Sequence record: CP084607.1
DNA: 32,000 nucleotides
Reading direction: 5' to 3' (one strand)
Every line of letters starts with the position of its first letter. Position 1 is the first letter of the stretch. A program made the translations under genes and the position numbers. This document shows, piece after piece, positions 1 through 10,603 of the stretch. Below the pieces are notes generated by a model. It saw only the letters and a program-made list of their open reading frames with translations, was not told the origin of the DNA and ran no database searches.

Positions 1-41
1 TTCAAAACAGTTTTTTCATTCATTTTAAAATGAAAAATTTG

Positions 42-155
42 TTAACCTTGGCGTTGTTTATGTTTTGGATTTTGACAAATCACGCGTAAAGTGCCTTTTC
101 GTCGAATTAATCGACATTTATCACACATTTTCTTTACAGAAGGACGAACTTTCAT
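42..155 (-). CDS. rpl36: ribosomal protein L36
   Basis: Below the ORF-track size cut-off, so read by hand on the reverse strand. ATG (155-153) gives [37 protein letters not shown], then TAA (44-42). This has the canonical L36 CxxC...CxxxxH zinc-ribbon pattern. It lies downstream of infA, as in the spc cluster. Confidence 0.9.
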   Translation of the reverse strand: MKVRPSVKKMCDKCRLIRRKGTLRVICQNPKHKQRQG

Positions 156-265
156 AATGATTTTTTTCTTATGTGGTGACGTTTTTAGACGGTGTCTTTT
201 TTGTAAACAAAAAAGACAAAGAAAACGTCAATACTTTTTTTGTACTAAAAAAAGTGCGAGTAAAA

Positions 266-505
266 CTATGTTTTACTACCCGGTCGAAGCCTAAAAGTTA
301 TACGTCCACGACGAAGGTCATACGGACTTAATTCGACTGCAACACGATCACCTAATAATATTCGAATATAATTGCGTCGTATTTTACCAGAAACATGAGC
401 AAGTACGAGAAACCCGTTTTCAAGTTTGACACGAAACATGCCGTTTGACAAACATTGAGTTACAACGCCTTCCATTTCAATTAGATCAATGTTTTTTCGA
501 GTCAA
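266..505 (-). CDS. infA: translation initiation factor IF-1
   Basis: 79-aa ORF. The stretch [64 protein letters not shown] is the IF-1 S1-fold signature. The start codon is TTG (505-503), preceded by AAAGGAGG. Confidence 0.9.
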   Translation of the reverse strand: MTRKNIDLIEMEGVVTQCLSNGMFRVKLENGFLVLAHVSGKIRRNYIRILLGDRVAVELSPYDLRRGRITFRLRPGSKT

Positions 506-560
506 AGGCCTCCTTTAGTATTAAAAAACTAAATTAATTAACAAAATTTTTCTTTAATTC

Positions 561-587
561 GGTTCCAAAAATTGGAACCAATTTTTG
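561..587. repeat. SDR family W (GGTTCCAAAAATTGGAACC palindrome plus AATTTTTG)
   Basis: The 27-mer GGTTCCAAAAATTGGAACCAATTTTTG is identical to 15330-15356. Relatives with a TTCCAAAAAT...ATTTTTGGAA core occur at about 2100-2145, 3070-3095, 6845-6875, 8240-8270, 17143-17180, 20895-20935, 23250-23275, 24850-24890 and 31640-31735. Confidence 0.85.
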
Positions 588-614
588 AAATAGAAAGAAA
601 TTACAAAATTTTTT

Positions 615-1031
615 CTACCAAACAGAACAAAGAATTTCTCCACCAAGATGAAGTTTTCTTGCTTGACGATCAGTCATTAATCCCTTAGATGTTGAAAGAA
701 TTAAAATACCCATCCCACCAAGAACCTTTGGAATTTCTCTCGAATTTGTATAAACTCGCAGACCGGGTTTACTAATTCTTTTTAAATTTGTAATACAAGG
801 CTTCCCTAAACTAGTGTTTCCAAATGAACCAGTTTTTTGGTACTTTAGGTCAACAATAAGCTCACTTGGGTTTATTTCAGATATAGAAAATTTTTCAATA
901 AAACCTTCTTGTTCAAGAATTTCACAAATTCTTTCATGAGCTTTAGTTTTTGAAAGTGAAACACTTGTTTTAGAAGCTAAATTCGCGTTTCGAATTCGCG
1001 TCAACATGTCGCTAATTGTGTCGTTTACCAT
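615..1031 (-). CDS. rps8: ribosomal protein S8
   Basis: 138-aa ORF. N-terminal DTISDMLTRIRNA and C-terminal GGEILCSVW are typical of S8. Its position between rpl5 and infA fits. Confidence 0.93.
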   Translation of the reverse strand: MVNDTISDMLTRIRNANLASKTSVSLSKTKAHERICEILEQEGFIEKFSISEINPSELIVDLKYQKTGSFGNTSLGKPCITNLKRISKPGLRVYTNSREIPKVLGGMGILILSTSKGLMTDRQARKLHLGGEILCSVW

Positions 1032-1082
1032 GTTTTCAAACCGTTTTTTTGCTTTCCTTTGCCTTTTTTGAACTCTTTTGGT

Positions 1083-1145
1083 GCCTTTTTTGACATCAAA
1101 AAAGGCAAAAACTTATTCACAATTTTGAGGACCAAGGCACCATAT
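1083..1145. repeat. SDR composite: family X palindrome (GCCTTTTTTGAnnTCAAAAAAGGC) plus a family Z half (CAATTTTGAGGACCAA)
   Basis: GCCTTTTTTGACATCAAAAAAGGC at 1083-1106, followed by CACAATTTTGAGGACCAAGG. X-type copies occur near 175-225, 2225-2250, 6765-6790, 7190-7215, 7300-7325, 10210-10240, 12490-12520, 13430-13460, 14005-14035, 15010-15040, 17550-17580, 18865-18890, 20315-20345, 20835-20870, 21757-21790, 21828-21858, 23225-23245, 27445-27480, 30283-30306, 30458-30485 and 30520-30560. Confidence 0.8.
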
Positions 1146-1239
1146 AATTGGTCTCAAAAATCAGATTTTTGAGCTGATGTTTTTACTCAGTTAAAAAATG
1201 TCGTTGTAGACATTTTTAATTTTATCTCTCTATCACCGT

Positions 1240-1782
1240 TTAGTTTTTAAAAGGCATCCCAAATGTTTTCAATAAAGCCATAGCTTCTTGATCAGTTTCT
1301 GATGTTGTAACAATTGAGACATCCATTCCTCGAATTTGATCAATTTTATCGTAATCGATCTCCGGAAACATTAACTGTTCTTCAAGCCCTAAACTGTAGT
1401 TGCCATGACCATCAAAACTTTTTGGACTAACACCTTGAAAATCTCGAATTCGGGGAAGAGCCAGATTAATCAAACGGTCTAAAAAAGCATACATTTTTTC
1501 ACCACGTAAAGTTACTACAACACCCACAGGCATTTTTTGACGAAGTTTAAAACTTGCAATTGCTTTTTTTGAACGTGTAACAATACCTTGTTGGCCTGTA
1601 ATTAAGCTTAATTCTTTTGAACATGACTCCAACAATTTTGAATTTTGTGAAGCATCACCAAGACCTCGATTAATGACAATTTTTTCTAATTTAGGAACTT
1701 GATGTTTATTTTTATAACGAAATTTTTCTATCAACGTCGGTACACTTTGTTGTTGATAAAACTTTTCTAAACGTTGCACCAT
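1240..1782 (-). CDS. rpl5: ribosomal protein L5
   Basis: L5 signature [14 protein letters not shown]...[34 protein letters not shown] place the start at the internal ATG 1782-1780 (MVQRLEKFY...), giving about 180 aa. The 37-codon upstream extension in the track runs into a dispersed repeat. Confidence 0.9.
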   Translation of the reverse strand: MVQRLEKFYQQQSVPTLIEKFRYKNKHQVPKLEKIVINRGLGDASQNSKLLESCSKELSLITGQQGIVTRSKKAIASFKLRQKMPVGVVVTLRGEKMYAFLDRLINLALPRIRDFQGVSPKSFDGHGNYSLGLEEQLMFPEIDYDKIDQIRGMDVSIVTTSETDQEAMALLKTFGMPFKN

Positions 1783-2264
1783 ATGAAAAAGTTCCTCTTG
1801 TGATTTCTTAATTGGATCTTGTTCTTTGCCTTGAAAAAAACCTTTTTTTTTTTCATGGTTCAAAGAACGCAGAAAAAATGACTGTTTTTTCAAGTTCTGC
1901 AGAACCTTTTTTCAATTTTATTTAATCAACTTTTTTTCTATTTTTTTATCCTGGTCTTAAAAATTTAGCAATTTTTAGTAACGCTTTTTTCTATCTGGAA
2001 TCGCTTGAAAAAATAATTTTTTAAAGTTGGTTCCAAAACTTTTGAAAAAGCACTTTTATAACTCCTCTTCGAATAAGGACAGGCTGTTTTTTTCGTTTCT
2101 ATCCACTTCCAAATTTTCGTTTTTTTTTTTTTGGAAGCGGATTGATATGTTCTTCAAAAACCTGAGAAAATAAAAAGAAAAACGGTAAGGGAACAAACAG
2201 TTCTTGTCCCAAAAATTTCATTGTCTTTTTGTACACAAAAAAGACACAAATTTTTAGGAAAACT

Positions 2265-2632
2265 TTATAACACTTCCGGTGCTAATGAAATAATTTTTGT
2301 AAAATTACCGTCACGTAATTCACGGGCCACCGGACCAAAAACTCGAGTTCCTCGAGGATTATTTTCTTTATTTATAATAACTGCTGCGTTTTCATCAAAA
2401 CGGATACTTGTCCCATTGATGCGTCGAACATTTTTTCGTGTACGGACAATAACAGCTCGAACAATATCAGATTTTTTAACGGGCATGTTTGGAGTCGCAT
2501 CTTTAACGACAGCGATGATAATATCACCAACCGTAGCTGCTCTTTGTTTTCCACCCCTAAAACTCGAATACACATAAGTTCGCGGGCGCCTGTATTATCT
2601 GCAACTCGAAGATATGTTTGTGGTTGAATCAT
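2265..2632 (-). CDS. rpl14: ribosomal protein L14 (frame broken as given)
   Basis: [26 protein letters not shown] (frame of 2372..2632) continues as [39 protein letters not shown]...SLAPEVL (frame of 2265..2573). The span is 368 nt. One extra C in the C4 run at 2554-2557 restores a 122-aa L14. Confidence 0.9.
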
Positions 2633-2644
2633 ACCATTCTCCTA

Positions 2645-3049
2645 TTATTTTGTAAGAATTTGAGTTTTTACAGGTAATTTAGAAGCGGCTAAGCGGAGTG
2701 CTACTCGAGCTACACTTTCAGGAACCCCTTTTAGTTCGTAAAGAACTTTTCCAGGTTTTACCACTGCTACCCAAAATTCTGGAGCACCTTTACCAGATCC
2801 CATTCGAGTTTCTGCTGGACGCATTGTCACTGGTTTATCTGGAAAAAGACGAATCCAAATCTTCCCACCTCTTCGTACTTGTCTTGTCATTGCACGACGC
2901 GCTGCCTCAATTTGACGAGAAGTGATCCAAGAGGCCTCTAAAGATTGTAATGCATAATCACCAAAAACCAAGGTATTTCCGCGAGAAGCCTTGCCTCTCA
3001 TACGACCTCGATGATGTTTACGATATTTAGTTCGTTTTGGACTTAACAT
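2645..3049 (-). CDS. rpl16: ribosomal protein L16
   Basis: 134-aa [24 protein letters not shown]...[25 protein letters not shown], a canonical L16. Confidence 0.95.
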   Translation of the reverse strand: MLSPKRTKYRKHHRGRMRGKASRGNTLVFGDYALQSLEASWITSRQIEAARRAMTRQVRRGGKIWIRLFPDKPVTMRPAETRMGSGKGAPEFWVAVVKPGKVLYELKGVPESVARVALRLAASKLPVKTQILTK

Positions 3050-3084
3050 AAATTTTTTATTTACTACTATTTTCCAAAAATCTT

Positions 3085-3825
3085 TTATTTTTGGAAGCGA
3101 CTTGTTTTTGACGTTTTTGCTCCGTCAAAAACGCCACGATTACTGATGCGTGTTAAACGTTCATCGCGAAAAACCCAAATTTTGACACCCAAGAGTCCAA
3201 AAATTGTTTTTGCTGATTTAGAAGAATATTCAATATCTGCGCGTAAAGTTTGTAATGGCACTGGACCTTCACGAACATCTTCTGAACGAGCAATATCTGC
3301 ACCATTTAAACGACCAGAAACTTGAACTTTAATACCTTTAACACCAGCACGTAAAGCTCGTTGAACAGTTTGGCGCATTGCACGTCTAAAAGGTTTTCGT
3401 TGTTCTAAATCTTCAACAAGTTTTTCTGCCAGTACCGCTGCATGTGAATCCGGTTCCTGAAGAGGTTTCACAGATAAACTTATGTGAATTTGTCCTGGAT
3501 CGCTTAAATTTCTTTTTCTATAAAAAGCTCGGAGTTTAGTTACAAGGTCATCTCGTAATCGATCTAAACTATTTGTATCACGTCCTACAAAAAGAGCAGG
3601 TCGAGCAGCATGAATCTCAATTCCTAAAGAAGGTGAGTCAAGATCTCGTCTTTCAATTTCAATATTTGTTATACCAGCACCAAGATATGTTTTTGTTAGA
3701 AAATTTCTTAAAAAACTTGCATCTTGAATCCATAAAGCCGAGTTTTTAGGATTCGTGCACCAATAACTTTGATGTTTCTGAGTGATTCCGAGACGAAATC
3801 CAACTGGATGTACTTTTTGTCCCAT
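3085..3825 (-). CDS. rps3: ribosomal protein S3
   Basis: 246-aa [23 protein letters not shown]...[12 protein letters not shown], with S3 KH and C-terminal domain motifs. Confidence 0.93.
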   Translation of the reverse strand: MGQKVHPVGFRLGITQKHQSYWCTNPKNSALWIQDASFLRNFLTKTYLGAGITNIEIERRDLDSPSLGIEIHAARPALFVGRDTNSLDRLRDDLVTKLRAFYRKRNLSDPGQIHISLSVKPLQEPDSHAAVLAEKLVEDLEQRKPFRRAMRQTVQRALRAGVKGIKVQVSGRLNGADIARSEDVREGPVPLQTLRADIEYSSKSAKTIFGLLGVKIWVFRDERLTRISNRGVFDGAKTSKTSRFQK

Positions 3826-3833
3826 AAGCTATT

Positions 3834-4112
3834 TTATCGTTTTGATTTTTTATCTTTTTTGACATGACCACGAAACGTGCGAGTTGGGGCAAATTCACCT
3901 AATTTATGCCCTACCATTTGATCCGTAATAAAAACGGGAATATGCTCACGCCCATTATGGACAGCAACAGTATGACCAATCATCACCGGAACAATTGTTG
4001 ACGAACGGGACCATGTTTTAATAACCTTTTTTTCACCTTGTGTATTTAATCTTTCAACTTTTTGAAGTAAATGATCAGCCACAAAAGGGGCTTTTTTTAA
4101 TGATCTTGCCAT
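3834..4112 (-). CDS. rps19: ribosomal protein S19
   Basis: 92-aa ORF ...[52 protein letters not shown], a canonical S19. Confidence 0.95.
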   Translation of the reverse strand: MARSLKKAPFVADHLLQKVERLNTQGEKKVIKTWSRSSTIVPVMIGHTVAVHNGREHIPVFITDQMVGHKLGEFAPTRTFRGHVKKDKKSKR

Positions 4113-4131
4113 ATTTCTTTATAGTACTTTA

Positions 4132-4960
4132 TTATTTTCTTCGTTGAAGAATGAGAGCAGCACTAAATTTTTTACGTTTACGGGTTTTAGCGCCTAATGC
4201 AGGTTTTCCCCATGGAACTAACCGGGCGAGATCGGCCTATTGGGGCACGACCTTCACCACCTCCGTGTGGATGGTCCACAGGATTCATTGCTGAACCTCG
4301 AACATGCGGACGGCGGCCAAGCCATCGTTTGCGTCCTGCTTTTCCTAAAGTGAAATTGAAAGCATCAATATTACCGACGCGGCCAATAGTGGCCCAACAA
4401 TTTTGTGATACTAAACGAACTTCTCCTGAAGGTAAACGAAGAGTAACCCAACTCCCTTCTTTTGCCACAATTTGTGCCACAGTACCTGCAGCTCGGACTA
4501 ATTGACCACCAGCTCCAGGTTGTAGTTCCACATTATGAACTTCAGTCCCTAATGGTATATTACTAAGCGGTAAACAATTTCCTACAGCAATCGGAGCTTC
4601 TGGTGAAGCAAGAAGAGTATCTCCAACTTTCAAACCTACTGGATGTAAAATATATTTTTTTTCACCATCCTGGTAAGTTACTAAAGCAATTCGTGAATTC
4701 CGGTTTGGGTCATACTCAATATGAGTTACTTTTCCAGGGATATTCACTTTTGTTCTTGCAAAATCGATTTCACGGTATAATCTTTTGTGACCACCACCAC
4801 GGTGTCGACTTGTAATAATTCCTCTATTATTTCGTCCTTTGGAACGAGACCACCAGGAAGTCAATTTTTTTTCAGGTTTTTTTGGACTTACTTCTGAAAA
4901 ATCTAATACTGACCCATGTCGTGTTCCTGGTGTGGCAGCTTTAAAAAAACGAATAGCCAT
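4132..4960 (-). CDS. rpl2: ribosomal protein L2 (frame broken near the C-terminus as given)
   Basis: The track ORF 4187..4960 is L2 ([13 protein letters not shown]...[19 protein letters not shown]) but ends abnormally in ...[12 protein letters not shown]. Shifting frame at 4214-4219 gives the canonical tail [27 protein letters not shown], with TAA at 4134-4132. The span is 829 nt, which is one nt too many or two too few. Confidence 0.9.
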
Positions 4961-4986
4961 ATTCTAGGTTAAATGTTGAATGTCTG

Positions 4987-5247
4987 TTATTTCAATAAAG
5001 TCACATCAGAGTCCACAGTGACAATAACTCTTTTATAACTAGGTTTTGAACCCAGTCGATTCTTTTTACGTGGAGGTCTGTGTGTATTTACTGCCAGGAC
5101 TTTCACATTAAAAAACTCTTCAATGAGTTTTCGAATTTGCGGTTTTGTGATTCTTACATCCACATCAAAACTTACTTGATTATTTTCAACTAATCGAGTA
5201 GCTTTTTCCGTACGAATCACCGGATATTTCACCAAGTCTAGCATCAT
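4987..5247 (-). CDS. rpl23: ribosomal protein L23
   Basis: 86-aa ORF with an L23-like sequence ([44 protein letters not shown]). It lies immediately upstream of rpl2. Confidence 0.9.
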   Translation of the reverse strand: MMLDLVKYPVIRTEKATRLVENNQVSFDVDVRITKPQIRKLIEEFFNVKVLAVNTHRPPRKKNRLGSKPSYKRVIVTVDSDVTLLK

Positions 5248-5303
5248 AAGTACGTTTTTTATAATGAATTTTTATAGACAATTCGTTGAAAAATTAAGTT
5301 TGG

Positions 5304-5382
5304 TCCTCAAATTTTTTTACAAATTTGAGGAAAGGTTATGCAGAATTTTGAAAAATCCTTTTTTTCAAAATTCTGCATAACC
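5304..5382. repeat. SDR composite: Z-like palindrome plus a Y-like palindrome
   Basis: TCCTCAAATTT..AAATTTGAGGA, followed by GGTTATGCAGAATTTTGAAAAA-tcc-TTTTTTTCAAAATTCTGCATAACC. Confidence 0.8.
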
Positions 5383-5731
5383 TTTCTTTTTTTAACTAAA
5401 AAAATCACTGGGTTGTCTTTTTGTCTGGATACTCCAAGTTTTTGTCTTTTTACATTCCTGACGTACTTGAAAAAAATGTATTTTTTCAAGTCAAGCCTTT
5501 AACAAAAAAAAAAAAAAAGGTTGGAAAACGATTATTTTTTTTGCGGGAAAAACAGAACTTGGAAAGGTTCGTCAGAACCGGAAAAGATTACTTTTTCTGT
5601 GTTCTGTGAACCATGAAAAATGAAATTTTTCAAGGACAATACTTTTTAAGTTTAAAAAGTTTGTTTTCTAAATCAAAATGATACAGGAGCAAGTTTTTTT
5701 ATAAAGTACTAAAAAAATTTAAAGTTTAAAC

Positions 5732-6544
5732 TTATTCTATCATATTGTGATAAGTCGCAACAGTAGAGGGAGATATTTTATTAAGAGAACGGAAAATCCA
5801 GTATTTAAAAACAGTATCTAAAAATACTGGAAAAGTAGCTACAAACAATGACATAAAATCTCCATTTTCGGGCAAACCAAAATGTCGTAAAAGCCACTCT
5901 AAAAAAACTTCCCAACCTCGTGGTGAATGGAAACCCACTAAAAGATCTGTTCCTAAAATTAAAAGAAAAGATTTTGTAGTATCACTTAAACTATATAAAG
6001 ATTCAGAAAGAAAGGCTTTTAAAATAATTATTTGAGGTTTTAAAAGTAAAAAAACAATACTTAAACTTAAAAAACTTAAAAAGTCAGCAAAAAGATTACT
6101 AATTGCCTCGATACTTTCAAGATTATAGTTTTTTGCTATTTCAAAAGTTTCTTTTTGAAGTTGTTTTGAAAAAAACGAAGATTCAGCAAACTCAGAATCA
6201 TTTACAAAAGATTCAAAATAAAGTTTTTCCTCAAATCTATGAAAATCCGAGAGAGCTCTATTTTCCTGGTACGAGTTTAAAAAAATTTCATTTTGATTTT
6301 GATTCCAAAAATATTCAACGCCGGGTTTAATCAAAAACGATTTTGAAAGGATATTAATACATAATGGTACGAAAATTAAAGTAATTAAACAGCGTACGGA
6401 CACAATAACCTGATATCGAGAAATACGAAATTCTTGAATTACAAGCATTTCCGCACCCGGGAGTAATTGCTTTCTAAATCTTTCAAAAGTTCTTAAAATT
6501 GATCGTGGAATTAATCCAGTCTGTTCTAGAATTCGTCTTTTCAT
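5732..6544 (-). CDS. cemA: chloroplast envelope membrane protein CemA (Ycf10)
   Basis: The C-terminal HSPRGWEVFLEWLLRHFGLPENGDFMSLFVATFPVFLDTVFKYWIFRSLNKISPSTVATYHNM is the CemA signature. ATG at 6544-6542 is preferred over the track's TTG at 6556. Confidence 0.88.
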   Translation of the reverse strand: MKRRILEQTGLIPRSILRTFERFRKQLLPGAEMLVIQEFRISRYQVIVSVRCLITLIFVPLCINILSKSFLIKPGVEYFWNQNQNEIFLNSYQENRALSDFHRFEEKLYFESFVNDSEFAESSFFSKQLQKETFEIAKNYNLESIEAISNLFADFLSFLSLSIVFLLLKPQIIILKAFLSESLYSLSDTTKSFLLILGTDLLVGFHSPRGWEVFLEWLLRHFGLPENGDFMSLFVATFPVFLDTVFKYWIFRSLNKISPSTVATYHNMIE

Positions 6545-7118
6545 AAAAATTCTCAATTATTTCATTTATTTTTCAACAACTGGAAAATCCATTATTGGAC
6601 TTAAATTGAAAGTGTTTTACAACTTTTTTTGTAAAACAAATCACTTTTTTAATGTTTTTGTATTTTTTTCCTAAATTCTATTTTTTATTATTGTTTTTTT
6701 CCTTGAAAAAAAAAATTTCAAGTCAGTTGGTCCTCAAAATTGCGAACAATTTTATTGCCTTTTTGATCTCAAAAGAGGCACCGAAAGCCCCGTTCCTCTT
6801 TTCCGTTTTTGTGTACAACAAAGACAAAGAAAAAGGTTCTTTTTCCAAAAATCTTTATTTTTGGAACCAACCGGAAAAATGCCATTTTCTGTGTTCTGTT
6901 CCAAAACTTAACATTTTTGGAAAAGCCATAAAAAATATAATTTTTTAAGGAACCAACTTTTCAGGTTTACTTAAGGGTTTCAGAAAAAAAGAATGAATTT
7001 TATTATAATTAACATGAAATCGAAGGCTTAGGAAATTTTTGAATTTACATGTATATTAAGAAAGTCATATTAGTGTATTGTTTAATTGGCTGTAAAGGTC
7101 CGTGAAATAAAAGATTTG

Positions 7119-7215
7119 CTTGAAAAATTCCATTTTTCAAGGTTCTGCAGAATTTGAAAAAACATTCATTTTTTCTGCGTTCTGTTCCGTTGCCTTTTTG
7201 ACCTCAAAAAAGGCG
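7119..7215. repeat. SDR composite Y+X
   Basis: CTTGAAAAATTCCATTTTTCAAGGTTCTGCAGAATTTGAAAAAACATTCATTTTTTCTGCGTTCTGTTCC, followed by GTTGCCTTTTTGACCTCAAAAAAGGCG. The Y family (GTTCTGCAGAAC / TTTTTCTGCGTTCTTTGAACC cores) also occurs near 1866-1910, 5560-5615, 10125-10165, 10420-10490, 12435-12485, 15950-15985, 17830-17880, 23045-23140, 30305-30351 and 31670-31700. Confidence 0.8.
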
Positions 7216-7412
7216 CTAAATGAACATTTTTGGAAAAACCATGAAAAAAAGGATGTTTTTTTCAAGGAAAAAAACCAAAAAGTCTAAAACTTTTAGTACC
7301 TTTTTTTACATCAAAAAAGGCAACAAAACCAACGCAGAAAAATGTATTTTTAAAACTAGTTCAACAGGTTTATGAAAGTTTTTCAAAAGAACCTTACTTC
7401 AACAAAAAAACT

Positions 7413-7474
7413 ATATAATCCTTGTTCTTTTCCCTATACTATTTACAACAGTGGGAAAAGAACAAGGATTATAT
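7413..7474 (-). terminator. 3' inverted repeat downstream of ycf4 (mRNA 3'-end stem-loop)
   Basis: 22-nt perfect arms ATATAATCCTTGTTCTTTTCCC / GGGAAAAGAACAAGGATTATAT with an 18-nt loop. The sequence is unique in the window. Confidence 0.6.
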
Positions 7475-7551
7475 GAAAATCTAGTTCTTGTTTTATCCAG
7501 TTTAAAGAAAAGATATAATTTTTAAGTTTGTTATAAACTTAAGAAAGAAGG

Positions 7552-8103
7552 TTAAATACCCTCTAACGAAACCTGCAAAAATTTAGCTAATTCTGCAGCT
7601 TGAGTTTCAATTTCTTGAATACTTAAAGGTTGTCCGGCACGTGTTAATGGAATTTCACGATTTCCACGTAATTTTAAATATATTATGCGTTTTGGGTTAA
7701 CACCTTCTTGAATTTCAACTCTAATACTTTGAATATCTTGAATAGGATACTGGAGATCGATACGACGATTTTTCCCCGGAAAACCCCACCTGAAAATTCG
7801 TACCGAGCCTGTTTGGAGATTAAATTCATTAAAACCCTCCCCTAAATTCCAAAGAATAATCAGCCAAATATAAATCCCTAAAATCAACCCAAGAACGCCA
7901 TAGAAGCACATTACTAAACCTTGCGGGAAAAATTGAATATTTGGAGAATTTATGAGAGAAAGAAAAGGAAACTCGAAATAACTGGCTATTCCTGTTATTA
8001 AAAACCCAAGTCCCCCAACGCACATCAAAGAACCCCAAATATAATTGCCAAGACGCCGTGCGCCAGGAACTGAATAACGAAGAATTGGTTCTTGAGTAGT
8101 CAT
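7552..8103 (-). CDS. ycf4: photosystem I assembly protein Ycf4
   Basis: 183-aa ORF with two N-terminal TM helices and FPQGLVMCFYG...RIFRWGFPGKNRRI..., typical of Ycf4. Confidence 0.92.
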   Translation of the reverse strand: MTTQEPILRYSVPGARRLGNYIWGSLMCVGGLGFLITGIASYFEFPFLSLINSPNIQFFPQGLVMCFYGVLGLILGIYIWLIILWNLGEGFNEFNLQTGSVRIFRWGFPGKNRRIDLQYPIQDIQSIRVEIQEGVNPKRIIYLKLRGNREIPLTRAGQPLSIQEIETQAAELAKFLQVSLEGI

Positions 8104-8316
8104 CTTTATTTACTATTATTTTGTTCTTTTCTCGGTTAAGATTATTGCCGTTTTTTCAACTAACGTTCAAATTTGTGATTTTTTTCTTTTTTTTTGTAAT
8201 TAAAAAAGGGCTTCCCTTGACAAAAAACCTTTTTCAGGGTTTTTCCAAAAATTAGTAATTTTTGGTAGCAATCAAAAAAGCAAACGTCAAAAAAATTTTT
8301 AAGTTTTTTTAATATT

Positions 8317-8745
8317 TTAGGTGTTTTGAGTTGTTTTTTTTTCTGTCTTTTCTTCTTCAGAATTAGAATTCATCCAAATTTCTGGCAATGTTTCAAACTT
8401 TTCTTTTAATCGAGTAGCTTTTCCAGTACGCGTTCTTAGATAATACAATTTTGCACGAGAAACCTGAGCTCTTCGAAGAACTTGAATATTTGCAATGCAT
8501 GGAGCATAAAGTGGAAAAACTCGTTCTACTCCCACACCTTGGAGACTTTTTCGAACTGTAATGGTCGAATTAGCCCCTGCCTGGTGTTTTGCAATAACTG
8601 TTCCTTCAAAGGGTTGAATTCGTTGTTTATTCCCTTCTTGGATAAAAACCCCAATTCGGACTAAATCTCCGACACAAATATCAGGTAACTCTCTTTTTAT
8701 TGTTCCAGATTGAATAGTCTGAACAAGCTGTTGAAGTTTGGTCAT
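8317..8745 (-). CDS. rpl19: ribosomal protein L19
   Basis: 142-aa ORF with VGDLVRIGVFIQEGNKQRIQPFEGTVIAKHQAGANSTITVRK...GVERVFPLYAP, an L19 signature. Confidence 0.9.
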   Translation of the reverse strand: MTKLQQLVQTIQSGTIKRELPDICVGDLVRIGVFIQEGNKQRIQPFEGTVIAKHQAGANSTITVRKSLQGVGVERVFPLYAPCIANIQVLRRAQVSRAKLYYLRTRTGKATRLKEKFETLPEIWMNSNSEEEKTEKKTTQNT

Positions 8746-8788
8746 AAAATATACCTTTTTTACTTCTAATATAATATTCTATTATCTC

Positions 8789-8848
8789 GATTTTTGCCTC
8801 GAGATTTCTTCTTACTTTGAAGTAAGAAGAAATCTCGAGGCAAAAATC
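8789..8848 (-). terminator. 3' inverted repeat downstream of tufA
   Basis: 29-nt perfect arms GATTTTTGCCTCGAGATTTCTTCTTACTT / AAGTAAGAAGAAATCTCGAGGCAAAAATC, separated by 2 nt. Confidence 0.65.
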
Positions 8849-8865
8849 AAGTTTCATTTTAGTTT

Positions 8866-10093
8866 TTAGTTCACAATAGTAGAAACTACACCAGCTCCTA
8901 CTGTTCGTCCACCTTCACGGATGGCGAACCGCATTCCTTTTTCAATGGCAATAGGTTGAATTAATTCTACAATCATTTTAATACGGTCACCAGGCATAAC
9001 CATTTGTGTAGCACTATCATCATCTGCACGGAATGATTCAATCTTTCCTGTTACGTCTGTTGTACGAACATAAAATTGCGGTCGGTATCCAGGAAAGAAT
9101 GGAGTATGACGACCACCTTCTTCTTTTGTTAAGACATAAACTTGTGCTTCGAATTTAGTGTGAGGCGTAATACTGCCCGGTTTTGCAAGAACCATACCAC
9201 GCTCAATATCTATTTTTTGAACACCACGAAGTAAAATTCCAACATTATCTCCAGCTACACTTTCATCTAATGTTTTTGGAACATTTCTAAACCAGTAACA
9301 GTTGTTGTTTTCGTATCACGTAAACCAACAAGTTCAACTGTATCACCAATTTTTACACACCCACGTTCGACACGACCTGTCGCTACAGTTCCACGACCTG
9401 TAATCGAAAAAACGTCCTCAACAGCCATTAAAAATGGTTTCTCTGTTTCACGTTCTGGAGTTGGAATATAAGAATCAACTTGATCCATAAGGTTATAAAT
9501 TTTATCAACCCATTTACTATCACCAGGTTGGATTTGTGGATTCTCTGTTAATGCTTCTAAAGCAAGAAGTGCTGAACCAGCAATGATTGGGATTTCATCG
9601 CCAGGGAATTCATATTTATCTAATGTTTCACGAATTTCTAATTCAACAAGTTCTAATAATTCTGCATCATCAACTTGATCTTCTTTATTTAAAAAGACAA
9701 CAATATTTGGAACCCCTACTTGTTTTGCTAAAAGTAAATGTTCTTTTGTTTGTGGCATAGGACCATCAGCGCCAGATACAACAAGAATTGCACCATCCAT
9801 TTGTGCAGCCCCTGTAATCATATTTTTACATAATCCGCATGGCCTGGGCAATCTACGTGTGCGTAATGACGATTTTCGGTTTCATACTCTACGTGAGCTG
9901 TATTAATGGTAATACCACGTGCTTTTTCTTCTGGAGCAGAGTCAATATCATCATATTTACGACCTTTTGCTCCACCACGAGCAGCAAGAGCCATAGTAAT
10001 TGCAGCAGTTAATGTTGTCTTGCCATGATCAACATGGCCGATTGTTCCAATGTTTACATGTGGTTTTTTACGTTCAAATTTTTCACGTGCCAT
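8866..10093 (-). CDS. tufA: elongation factor Tu (two frame breaks as given)
   Basis: Three track ORFs (9818..10093, 9267..9851, 8866..9195) together give a complete EF-Tu: [10 protein letters not shown]...[10 protein letters not shown]|[16 protein letters not shown]...GLEMFQK|[41 protein letters not shown]... The breaks lie in T5 runs at 9823-9827 and 9273-9277. Adding one nt at each gives 1230 nt, or 409 aa. Confidence 0.93.
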
Positions 10094-10603
10094 AAAAATC
10101 TTCCTTTACTGTAATATGTTTGTCCTTGAAAAAAACTGTTTTTTTCAAGTTCTGTCGAACCTTTTCTTTCTATTGGATTTTTTTCAAAGAAACTTCTTTA
10201 GAAATTTTATTGCCTTTTATGTAAAAAAAAAAAGGCACCGAAAGGGACAGACTTTTTTAAAATTCTTTGATTTTGAAAAAAAAACAAAACTTTTGTTTTC
10301 CATTTTTGGACAAATAGTTAAATTTATAATTTTTTTTTTTTGTTGTGTTGCCTTTATTGTTTACAAAAAGACAAAGAAAAAGTTCTTTTTCCAAAACTAA
10401 AGATTTTTCGAACCAACTTGAAAAATTTTATTTTTCTGCGTTTTATTCCAAAAACGTTCATTCTTCGAAAAACCATGAAAAAATACTATTTTTAAAGGCA
10501 CCAAATTTTACAAAATTTCTAAAAAAACCTTTAGTATCTGATTCAAAAACTAAGAGCGGAGCCCTTTCCTCAAATTTGTAAAAAAATTTGAAGACCAAAT
10601 GGA

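Noticed and set aside
1783-1893. N-terminal extensions in the track for rpl5 (to 1893), psbH (to 17048), petD (from 19624), cemA (to 6556) and rpl20 (to 13320).
   Set aside because: The extensions are not conserved-looking, and some run into SDRs or begin at non-ATG codons. An internal ATG gives the canonical protein length in every case.
2221-2577. Antisense or overlapping ORFs inside real genes: 2221..2577, 2698..2925, 4197..4505, 4603..4815, 6103..6330, 7829..8038, 8482..8664, 19313..19522, 21313..21576, 23342..23548, 23501..23704, 24069..24257, 26779..27045, 28792..28995 and 30895..31089.
   Set aside because: Each is fully embedded in, or opposite to, a strongly supported conserved gene and shows no recognisable motifs. 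They are shadow ORFs.
9267-10093. Treating the split pieces of tufA, rpl14, psbB, ycf1 and cysT as separate or truncated genes or pseudogenes.
   Set aside because: The adjacent pieces are consecutive parts of one protein with no missing residues, and a single-base change joins them. No substitutional decay is visible, so a classical pseudogene call is not supported.
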